DNA of 64,000 nt, taken from NCBI RefSeq assembly GCF_000315625.1, contig NW_005434648.1:1-64000 (forward strand), given 5' to 3'. Of the stretch, positions 25,310 to 35,800 are shown piece by piece (the first letter of the stretch is position 1; the number at the start of each line of letters is the position of its first letter). This DNA comes from Guillardia theta CCMP2712. Lineage: Eukaryota > Protista > Cryptophyta. A program made the position numbers and the translations under genes. The notes beneath the pieces were generated by a model. That model was given only the letters and a program-made list of their open reading frames with translations. It had not been told where the DNA came from and searched no databases.

Positions 25310-28278
25310 ATGGCTCTCAGTCGAGATCGAAGTGCGACATTTGTCTGCTTGTTGAAGATGCTTCTGCTCGTCAAGATCGTTGAAGGGCATGCAACGGGAT
25401 TCACGGAATGCGAGACAGATCTTGTAGGTTATGGTAAGATCGATGCTTCAGCGATGCAGGGCTTTCTGGATTCTCATCTTGCTCCAACGTAAGTGTCTTC
25501 GTCCCTATAACTTCGCATCCCCACAACCCTGAGAATGTTTGGCTTCCTTGAGCGCCATGACCTTGCGCTTGTAGGAAGAGGCTTTACGAGTTGGCCGACA
25601 CGGGTGACAAGAGACACCTGTCCGACCGAGAAATCAAGATCGGAGCAGACAGACTGAAAGTGCTGCATGAAGGACTTGCCCAGCAGATCCTTGTTCCAAC
25701 CAAGATACACTTTGACAACAGCAACAACGATTTCCGATTCGTGGGCGTGGTGGGGTCCTGGTCAGAATGGTTGGAAGTGCATGAAATGCAGAAGACATCT
25801 GAGGACATGTGGGAGACGACTCTAGATCTGCCTGAAGGTGACCATGAGCTCAAGTTCATTGTGGACGGAACTTGGAGGTTGTCGGATCTCTACTCCAGAG
25901 TTGATGATGGTGTTGGGACCACAGGTGAGAGACGATGTCTTTGAACCATCTTGTCGTTTCATATTATGTGTGGCATGATGTCATATCATCAGTATGTCAT
26001 CATACTCGTTTGTCACTGTGGCCTTCGCAGGCAACAACGTAATTCATGTAGCCAACAACGCCATGAACGACCAACGAGACCCGAAACATGCGCTTGACTG
26101 TTGTCAAGGTAGGGTCTAGCATCCCACGTCTGCCTGCATTCACCTGTCTGCATTTTCAGACCCGCTCTCCAAGACTGATTTTCATCTCGATGCTACAGCT
26201 CAAGGCCGAAACGACAACAACATCTTTCAAGCTTCTGGCGGAACTTCAACCTGCGCCTCCGACGATCACAGAAAGCTTCACGAGCGACAGTCGAGAGCAT
26301 GGACGATGCCAGGTCTGAGGCTGTTCGGTGGCAGAAAGCAGCGAGATGAATCATCCGGCGCCGACACTCGAGAAGAATCGAGCAAGCATGACGAGCATAC
26401 GAGGGCAGCGACGACGAGCAATGCAGACTGTGTAGACGAGAAGGAGAAGCAAGAGGAGGCAGGGGGCCGGGCTACCAGCACTGCAGACGAGAGTGAAGGA
26501 CTGCCTGCAGCCGCAGTCCAGCTCCAGGAAGAGAGGAAGGAGAGGATGAAGGTGAAAGGCGAAGATTCTGCATACACTGGAAAGGCCGGGGGAGACGTGG
26601 AGTCAGACACGAAAAAAGCCCAGAACCTGAAGGCGGCTGAGCATACGGCCCAGAACCTACAGGCGGCCGAGCATACAGCCCAGAACCTACAGGCGGCCGA
26701 GCATACAGCCCAGAACCTACAGGCAGCCGAGCATACAGCCCAGAACCTACAGGCGGCCGAGCATACAGCCCAGAACCTACAGGCGGCCGAGCATACAGCC
26801 CAGAACCTACAGGCGGCCGAGCATACGGCCCAGAACCTACAGGCGGCCGAGCATACAGCCCAGAACCTACAGGCGGCCGAGCATACAGCCCAGAACCTAC
26901 AGGCGGCCGAGCATACGGCCCAGAACCTACAGGCGGCCGAGCATACAGCCCAGAACCTACAGGCAGCCGAGCATACAGCCCAGAACCTACAGGCGGCCGA
27001 GCATACAGCCCAGAACCTACAGGCGGCCGAGCATACGGCCCAGAACCTACAGGCGGCCGAGCATACAGCCCAGAACCTACAGGCGGCCGAGCATACAGCC
27101 CAGAACCTACAGGCGGCCGAGCATACAGCCCAGAACCTACAGGCGGCCGAGCATACAGCCCAGAACCTACAGGCGGCCGAGCATACAGCCCAGAACCTAC
27201 AGGCGGCCGAGCATACAGCCCAGAACCTACAGGCGGCCGAGCATACGGCCCAGAACCTACAGGCGGCCGAGCATACGGCCCAGAACCTACAGGCGGCCGA
27301 GCATACAGCCCAGAACCTACAGGCGGACAAGAGTGCAGCGCAACAAGGAGGTTGCATTGTTTCAAGCCTACGTTGCGCCTCCGACGATCACAGAAAGCTT
27401 CACGAGCGACAGTCGAGAGCATGGACGATGCCAGGTCTGAGGCTGTTCGGTGGCAGAAAGCAGCGAGATGAATCATCCGGCGCCGACACTCGAGAAGAAT
27501 CGAGCAAGCATGACGAGCATACGAGGGCAGCGACGACGAGCAATGCAGACTGTGTAGACGAGAAGGAGAAGCAAGAGGAGGCAGGGGGCCGGGCTACCAG
27601 CACTGCAGACGAGAGTGAAGGACTCGAAGATGACGCGAGGTCGGACGAGAAATCAGCCGACAGCTCAGGTCGTGCTGAGGGAGGCGATGAAGGTGAAGGG
27701 ACAGACCCGGCAAGGCAGCAGGGCAAGGAGGAGCAAGAGGCTCGCTACTTCGTGGAGACTTCGCCCGCACCCGCCCATGGGAGCAATCGGTCTAGCAATC
27801 GCTGGCTCAGATGGTGGCACAAGCTCGCCTCAGATGATGTTCGAGTGAGATGCTGCTGCTGCTGCTACCTGTGCGTCTGACGCCTCGTCTCCCGCAGCCC
27901 CTCGTGCTCAGAGCAGCTGCCCTGGCAACGCCCGTCATGGTACCTTGACGTCAGATCCGCACGAGACTGACAAAGATGACGCAGATCCTGATCGCTTCTT
28001 CCTCCCTCGGGAACAGCCGCATGGACGCGTGCGCTCCACACTGCGAGACAAGTTATGCTAGAGACAAAGCAACGAAGACGCGTTCAGCAGTTGGTGGAGA
28101 TGTGAAGGAAGTAGCAGAGAAGAAGCGGAACGGAGCCGTGGTGAAAGAGGAACATCATGAGCATCGCAAGTTGGGAACTCAGAGCTCGTCGGCACTGATC
28201 AACGAGATCATGTACGACAAGGTGATCCCCTTTTGGTCAGACGTGATTCCTCAGATCATGTACTCGCATGTAGAGTAA
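25310..28278 (+). CDS. Signal-peptide protein with a CBM48/AMPK-beta-type glucan-binding domain and a 10-aa tandem repeat region (multi-exon, 3' structure tentative)
   Basis: VVGSWSEWL..MQK...WETTLDLPEGDHELKFIVDGTW...GNNVIHV is a CBM48-type pattern. The N-terminus is hydrophobic and the AQNLQAAEHT repeats are in an open frame. Confidence 0.6.
26252..27624 (+). repeat. 251-bp direct duplication (26252-26502 and 27374-27624) bracketing the minisatellite
   Basis: Both copies run tgcgcctccgacgatc...gagagtgaaggact and appear identical by eye. Confidence 0.9.
26618..27326 (+). repeat. 30-bp minisatellite, 23 full copies plus a partial one (AQNLQAAEHT)
   Basis: Unit gcccagaacctacaggcggccgagcatac(a/g). 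Confidence 0.97.
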
Positions 28279-28358
28279 GTGAGAGGATTTCCAATACTTT
28301 CACACATTCATTGCATAAAGAAAAACAAAGTTTCCGGCACTTGCAGTTGCAACCTAGA

Positions 28359-29345
28359 CTAGGGAAGTCTTCTCGGCTCCTGCTCGTCACACGTCAACTT
28401 TGAGACGATGGAATAATGAAAAGAACAAGTACCCTCTGAGTCCTGCTCCTCGCTGCCAAGCACAGCAAACAACAAGTAAAGACCAAAGACAATCTTGGAG
28501 ACGAGGTCGACAAGAACGTACAAGCCAGACTGCAAGCAAGTGAACAACCCTAAAAACTGTCTGAGTTGCGTCACCTCCATGTTGATGGAAATAGCCTGGA
28601 GCCCTTCCTCTCCCAACACCCAGACGGTGGGGTAGACGATGAAAGAGACGAGGAGGATCATGACCAACACCTGGAGCGGATCAGCAAGGTACACGAGCAA
28701 CACGAGGTACCTGAAGTCCCGCTGCGTAGGAGTTGCCAGACTCCTTTGCTTTGCTATACAACGACCACACCTGAAGCGCCAACAAGACGAAGAAGGCAAT
28801 CCCGACAGTCCACCTACGAGGCTTCGTCAAGAGCCGGATAAGCTCAGGTCAGGCAGGTCACCAGAACCACTTCCAGGGGCGAAGCTGAGTCGCTCCGATG
28901 GTAGAAGAGGCCACCATGAGCATGTCAAGGCCGAGGATCATCACAGTCTCTCCCTTGGCCGCGTTGGTCAGGTCGCAGATGGAGTACAAGAGGAGCTGCC
29001 GGTAGATCAGCGAATCGGCAAGACAAACAAGTTAACAAGCAAATTACCGGAGTAGTGAGAAGACGCTCGATGAAGTGTGCGAAAAAGACGAGGCGTTCCT
29101 TGCCTGCTGAGTCTGTCTTCTTCACGACTCCGAAGCTACCGAGATTCATCGTTACGCATGATCCACAAACGTTGAAATGTCTCACCCGCTCCACATGAGG
29201 TAGTAGGCAGCGGCAGAAGTCACAGCAACGAGAAACATGAGAGTTTCATGTAGCTTCTTCTCCTTCTTGTTCATGGAGAGATAGTAGAACACAATCGCTC
29301 CGACAAACATGCCGAGAAACCCGATAAGAAGGAAGTGCTTTGTCT
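28359..29345 (-). CDS. Microbial (type 1) rhodopsin with an atypical helix C (multi-exon, first exon not located)
   Basis: Seven spliced TM helices, including TSAAAYYLMWSG, FAHFIERLLTTP|LLLYSI, LGLDMLMV, VYPTVWVLGEEG and VDLVSKIVFG (DxxxK retinal lysine intact). Confidence 0.88.
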
Positions 29346-29601
29346 GCAATTCTAGTCAAAGAAATACTCCCTCTGCTAGATCGCAGATAGACAAATGGCA
29401 GGTGCTTTACAATCATGCTACTTCACACATTCGGTCATCAACACCATCATATCTGTCTCTATGTTCATCTCCATCTCCATATCCAAAGACTCCATCATTA
29501 TCATCTGCATCGGCATACATTTTCCCAATCAACATCATCATCATCAGCAACCATGAACATCATCGTTGCCATCGACATTGCTATCTCTATCTCCTTCATG
29601 G

Positions 29602-29637
<36 letters not shown>

Positions 29638-30063
29638 CCATCATCGCACGCATTCTCTTACCGCTGGCTCATAGTCGCCCTGCATCGATCCCGCGTTAGT
29701 CAGGCTCGACATATCGCCTCGTTCTATTTTGGGTGTCTAGAAGTTTAGCCTCATCTCCGCTCATACCTTTCATTCATCACCCTCGTACCCATCATCACCC
29801 TCATGCACATCATCGCCCTCATGCCTCCGACCCCTTTCTGAACTGTTTCTGAACCCTACCAATGACCATATTCCCCCACTCTCTCTCCTCCCCCTCCCTC
29901 CCTCCCTCCCCTCCTCCCCTCCCCTCCCCTCCCCTCCCCCCCCTCCCCTTCACTACTCTGATCTCACTCCTCCTCTCTTGTCCTCTACTCTCTCATCTGC
30001 ACTAAAATCTCTTGTCCCCCCACGTGCTCTCCCTCGGCATCCTCCTCAGTTGTCTTGGTGGTG

Positions 30064-31662
30064 ATGGCTTCCTCGTCGAGGGGGAAAGGCTGGTGGTGGG
30101 GATGGGGTGGGCGTTCTACAGCAGAGAAGGAGGTCGGAGGATCAGATGCGGCTGCAAGGCAACAGGCGGAGCGAGCGAGGTCACTTGAGATGGTCAGGAC
30201 GCCAAAGGAGTTGAGGAAGTCAACAATAGCGCCAATGGCAGGCGTGACCACGGTGCAGGCGAGCTCTGGCGGAGAGAAGTCAGCGTACTTGATGTCGGGG
30301 TACTTGGAGACGAAGAGAAAGCGAGCGTTGACGAGCAAGTGGAAGAGAGCCTTCTACGCGCTCTCTGACGGCTTCCTGGGGTACTGGGAAGACGAACGTC
30401 GATTCCTAGACAAGGCGTGGCCCAAGAGGACAGTAGACTTACAGGATTGCTCGCTTGCCATGATGGGCGACAGCGCAAAGAAAGGCTTCTGCTTCGGTAT
30501 CTTCCATCCTGACAGAGACCCGCTGGTGCTGTCATGTCCCGACGAGGAGGCGCGACGCGAGTGGATGGCAGGGGTGAAGCTCGTGCTGGGGTTGCAAGAC
30601 GACACGGTCTCTTTCCGCGACTTCTCTATCCTCAACTCCATCGGTAAGGGAGCATACGGAGAAGTTTTTCGGGTGCGGAAGGTGGACAGCGGGGAAGTGT
30701 ACGCGATGAAGGTGGTGTCCAAGGAGAGCATAGTGAACCAGAAGGAGAAGGATGACTTCGAGAAGGAGCTGCAGAGGAGAAAGCACCTCCAAGGCATCAT
30801 CGACGTGGACGCTGCCCTACAAGCTCACTGGACTGTAGAGAGCTTGCAGGCAGAGCGGCGAGCGCTGCAAGTTGTGGATCATCCTTTCATTGTGAAGCTC
30901 CACTTTGCGTTCAGAACCATTGATCGCTTCATCCTGGTGATGGACTACGTGAGAGGAGGAGACCTGCTGTCGCTCCTCGCATCCAAGCAGCGCCTCCCTG
31001 AGCCCTGGGCTGCCTTCTACGCCGCTGAGGTGATCCTGGCCATCGAGTACCTGCACGAGATGCGCATCCTGTTCCGCGACCTCAAGCCAGAGAACGTGCT
31101 GCTCGACGAGCTGGGGCACGTCAAGCTGACAGACTTCGGGCACAGCAAGCAAGCGACCTCGCTGCAAGACCGCTCCTTCTCTCTCGTCGGCTCTCCCTTC
31201 TACATGGCCCCGGAGATCATCCTGGGTGTCGGGCACGGGCAGGAGGCGGACTGGTGGTCTCTCGGCATCCTCATCTTCGAGATGCTGGCGAGTTTGCACT
31301 GCCTCTCATTGCTGCCAGTGACGCGCACGCAGGTCGGGGCTCCTCCCTTCTACGACAAGAACTCCAACTCGGCTTACAAGCGGCTGCTGACAGAGAGCAT
31401 CGAGTACCCGCACGAGGTCTCCTCCTCTGCCCGTGAGCTCCTTGCTCGCCTGCTACAGGCAGACAGTACGAGACGGTTTGGAGGAGGTGTGGTGGAGGTG
31501 CAGGCTGGGGAGTCCAAGGCGGCGGCGGTGGGGAGGAAGTGGAGCTGCGCTTGGCTCGCACAAGTCGATTGGGTGGAGCTGCTGAAGCGCCAGGTCGACC
31601 CCCCGCACAAGCCAGGGAGGCGACGAAGGCCCCGACAACATGAGGCCTTCGTGGACTTCTAG
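30064..31662 (+). CDS. PH-domain AGC protein kinase (Akt/PKB-like architecture)
   Basis: PH domain (SGYLETK...WKRAFYAL...EWMAGV), GKGAYG, AMK, RDLKPEN, DFG, MAPE, DWWSLG and C-terminal FVDF. Probable short intron near 31290-31332. Confidence 0.9.
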   Translation: MASSSRGKGWWWGWGGRSTAEKEVGGSDAAARQQAERARSLEMVRTPKELRKSTIAPMAGVTTVQASSGGEKSAYLMSGYLETKRKRALTSKWKRAFYALSDGFLGYWEDERRFLDKAWPKRTVDLQDCSLAMMGDSAKKGFCFGIFHPDRDPLVLSCPDEEARREWMAGVKLVLGLQDDTVSFRDFSILNSIGKGAYGEVFRVRKVDSGEVYAMKVVSKESIVNQKEKDDFEKELQRRKHLQGIIDVDAALQAHWTVESLQAERRALQVVDHPFIVKLHFAFRTIDRFILVMDYVRGGDLLSLLASKQRLPEPWAAFYAAEVILAIEYLHEMRILFRDLKPENVLLDELGHVKLTDFGHSKQATSLQDRSFSLVGSPFYMAPEIILGVGHGQEADWWSLGILIFEMLASLHCLSLLPVTRTQVGAPPFYDKNSNSAYKRLLTESIEYPHEVSSSARELLARLLQADSTRRFGGGVVEVQAGESKAAAVGRKWSCAWLAQVDWVELLKRQVDPPHKPGRRRRPRQHEAFVDF

Positions 31663-31701
31663 GGGACTGAGGATGGAGGGATCTTGTAAGGATAAGGGGA
31701 T

Positions 31702-32740
31702 TCACTCGGCGTTAGACTCCACCCACTCCCTCGCTTTTCTCTTCACCTCCGCCACCCTCTCAGCGTCTCCGTGAGTCTTCTCAAGCTCGAGCATCTTCTT
31801 GAACAGAAACTTCGCCTGCCTTCCCTTGAGCTTCAACGTGATCGCTCGCTCCAGCAGCTGTCGAGCTGCCTCCACGTGCCCGCTCTTGAGCTCCAGGTCA
31901 ACAAACACTGACCACAAGTCGATTCTCTTGGGGCTCGACACTACCACTCCCTCCATCAGCGTCCGCCCTCGCTCTGCTGACCCGAGCTTGTACTCCATGG
32001 TCGCAAACTGCGCATACATCACTTCCTCCTCCTGTCTCTTCCCTCCCATCCTCTCCCCCGCCCGTTCCCCGACCCTCTGCTGCTGCCCCTCACGACCGTC
32101 ATCTCTGTCTCCAACCCTCCTCTCCCCTCTCTACCTTGTGGATCAGCTTCACGTGCTTTCGCTTCGGAATCGCCTCCAGCGCTCGCTCGAGCATCCTTCC
32201 CGCGGCTTCAGGGTGAGCCCCTCGCAGCTTGAACGTGCAATATCGAAGCCAAACTTTACAGCTCTTGCGGAATTTCCTTGTCAGCGTCTTGAAGAATTGC
32301 TCCGTCACCTGCTTCCTGCTCAGTTTCCTTCTTCAACACCAACATATCTGCTCCTCCTCTCCCCTCATCTCTTCTCTTTTCCTCATCTCCCTCGCTCTTC
32401 GCCTCCCCTCACAACCTGCGCATCTCCTCCTCGCTCGAAAATTCCCAACAGCTGCATGTGCATCTTCTTGCTGTCGTTCAGCTTGCATGCCTGACGTGGC
32501 ACATCAGACGGCGAGAAAGAGTGAGAGAAGACAAGGAAACGAACGACAAGGCAAACAAGACCGAGCTTGAGGGAGAGAGTAGGAAGGAGAAGGGAGCAGG
32601 AGCAGGAGCAGGAGCAGGAGCAAGACCTGCTCGAAGACAGACATCAGCGACTCTCTTGTGCCGTAAAGATTCTCCAAGTTGAGTCTGGCGACCCACACGT
32701 TGAACTTCTCCTGTAAGAAGATGAGGAAGAGGACGAGGAA

Positions 32741-32787
<47 letters not shown>

Positions 32788-32800
32788 AGAGGACGAGGAA

Positions 32801-32889
<89 letters not shown>

Positions 32890-35800
32890 AGAGGAAGAGG
32901 AAGAGGAAGAGGAAGAGGAAGAGGAAGAGGAGGAGGTCACCTGCTCCTCCCTGAAGCTGATGGTCTTGAGGGCTCTATCTGCGATCTCTCTGGCTTTGTC
33001 GATCTCGGTCATCTCGAGGAAGAAGGCCATGTACTTGATCCAGACGTAGCTGCTGGAGGGCGACGACAGCACCATCCTCTCAAACTCCTCTGCCGTCTCC
33101 GGCACCTTCTCTGGATCTAGAAGCGCCTCCTCCTTCTCGCGCAGCTCCTGCTCCTTCTGCTCCTTCTCCTTCTTCTTTCTCCTCTTCTCTCGCGATTTGC
33201 TCTTTCCGTCGTCTTCATCCATGACCTCCTCCTCGTCGCTCCCATCCGTCTGACTCTCCTCCTCTTTCTCTCCTTTCATGCCGTCAAAGTCATCCCATAA
33301 GAAAGCAGCTCGTCCCTCGCCGGACTCCTCCTCCTCCTCCTCCTCCTCGTCCTCTTCGTCTTCCTCGTCGTTTTCTTGCTCCTCCTCCTCCTCCTCTTTT
33401 TCATCATCGTCATTATCTGCTTCTTCTTCACTATCGTCCATGTCTGCGGTCTGCATACGAGCGTTAGTCAACATGAAAATTCTTCACTTGACAAACCTCA
33501 GAGTCATGTCTTGCCGCCGCCGCCTCCTCCTCCTCCTCCTCCTCCTCCTCCTCCTCCTCTGCCTCGGCCTCTTCCTTGGCCATCACTTGATCTGCCTCGT
33601 CGTCTTCAGAAGATTCGCTGTCGTCTGGCGCGTCTTGCAGGTACTCGGGTTTCATGCCAAGTGAGATGGTCTTTCGCTGAGGGTCCATGCGGAGGATCTT
33701 TGCCTTCACCTTGTCTCCCTGCTTGAACTGCTTGCTCAGGTCCCGCACAAACTCTTCCCCGACCTCGGAGATGTGGCACAGCCCGTCCAGCTCGCTCCCC
33801 CGGATCCTCACAAACACTCCGAACGACTGCACGCTCTTCACCGCCCCCGCCACCACCTGCCCCACCTGCAGGTCCGACCATCCCACCCGCCTCTTCCCCA
33901 GCACGACGCTGCGCTTGAGCGAGAGATCCACCTGCTCCTTCTTCACCTCCACGCTTATGACTCGCCCGGACACGCGGCGACCAGGAGGAAAGTTTGCCTT
34001 GACGTCCTTCACGTACCCGTCCGACAGCTCCGAGATCTTCACCCTCGCCGTCACCTGCCTCCCCAGCTGCACGAAGACTCCAGCTGAGCTTGCACTCTTG
34101 ACGTAGCCTGACAGCAGCTGCCCCACCGCGAGCTCCTTGACCGACGAGACCTCAGGGAAGGCTCCATGCTCCCGCACCGCCTCCTCCTCCTCTCCTCGTC
34201 TCTTCCCCGATACCCTCGAGGGCCGCAGTGAGAGCGCAAACCCGTCCTCTTCAGCCTCCAGCACGCAGCAACGGACGAGCTGGCCGACCTTGAAGAGCGA
34301 GAGAGGAGCATCGACAGCCGCGTCTGCGATGTCGCAGATGTGAACGCGACCGAAACTGTGGAGGCCGAGCTTGAGGACGAAGCCGAAGCCAGGACGAGCT
34401 TTCACGATCTTAGCAGGCACCACCTCCCCCACCTGGATCGCCTCCTCTCCCTTCTTTCTCTTCCTCCCGCTTCCCTTCTCCTTCCCCTTCTCTCCCTCCT
34501 CCAGCAGCCTCAGGTCCACTCGGCTCTTGCCAACGTCAACGGCGATCACTGACGCTCTCACTCCTTGCCCCACCTGCGTTCGCTCCACGTTACCTCTCGT
34601 TCCCGACCTTCCTTTCCTCGTCTTCCTCCCTACCCTGCACCTGCTTCCTTTCCATCGCCCTCTTCCTCTCCCTCTCTTCCTCTCCCTCTCTTCCTCTCCC
34701 TCTCTTCCTCTCCCTCTCTTCCTCTCCTCCTCACCTTAAAGTTCTTCTTCAGGTTCTCCAGCACTGTCAGCTCACGCGAGGCATCTAGCTGCTCCACGCG
34801 TCCCTTCAGCGAACTTCCCAGGTGCACCCACAGGCAGTCGCCCTCCACCTTCTCCACCATTCCCTCCACCTCCTCCCCTTCCTTCAACTCATCCAGGCTC
34901 GGACGCTTCGTCAGCGGCGTCTCCTCCGGCTGCGCGAGCTCTGAAGGTCGGATGGAGAGAGCGACGAGTCTGAGGAAAGAGAGAGAGAGAAGTCACAAGG
35001 GCGGCGAGAGAGCGAGCGAGTACCTGGTGTCTCGGCCAGCACGAGCAGGGGAGAAGACGCCGAGGACCCGAGCGTCGATGGCCTGCCCTTGCTGGAGCAT
35101 GCTCAACCGGTTCTCCTTCCCCTCTCTCATCTCCTCGGGGTCCATCGCGTCGAGCAGGTCGATCACGCCTCTCAATCCTCCTCCTAGTCGCACGTTCGCG
35201 TGCGTCGCCTTCACACTGTGTACGATCCCCTTCACCAACTTGCCGCGCTCAGCCTCCTCCATGCTGGTCAGCCGCGCTCCTTTGCAGTTCTCTCCATTCC
35301 TCATCAGCTCCTCGTCATCCACCTGCATCCTCGTTCAATGCTCTCCTCTCCCTCCTCCTCCTCCTCTCTTTCTCATCTCTTCTCTTCCCTCTGCTCGCCC
35401 ACCTTCTGCCCTTCTCTTCTCTGGGTCTTTCCGCTCCCACTGTCAGCCCTCATGACCAGGACGGGAGCGCCTGTCGCTTCCAGCACGAGCACATCCATGC
35501 TCTGCCCGGGGACGAACCTGTTGGACGCAGTAAAAGAGAAGAAGACAAGGAGAGCAGCGGATGGAAAAGTGAAAGAGGAGGAAGGAGGAAGGAGGCACAA
35601 GAGGGCGAGGAGGAAGAGAACAAGATCTTGAGCTCACTGCTTGCGCGCGCGCTCTCCGCGGACGTTGAAGTCTTCGATCGACGCGACCGCAAGTTTGCGG
35701 CTCTGAGGAAGAGACAGCACTACTCGCTCCTCCCCCACAAGCTGCACGATCCCCCGCACGGAGTCAGCAGGCATGAGTTCCTGCTCCTTTTCCTTCCCCT

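Noticed and set aside
26278-27476. Minus-strand ORFs (CSAACRFWAV and ARPPVGSGLY repeats)
   Set aside because: They are antisense shadows of the minisatellite. Variation is synonymous in the plus-strand frame.
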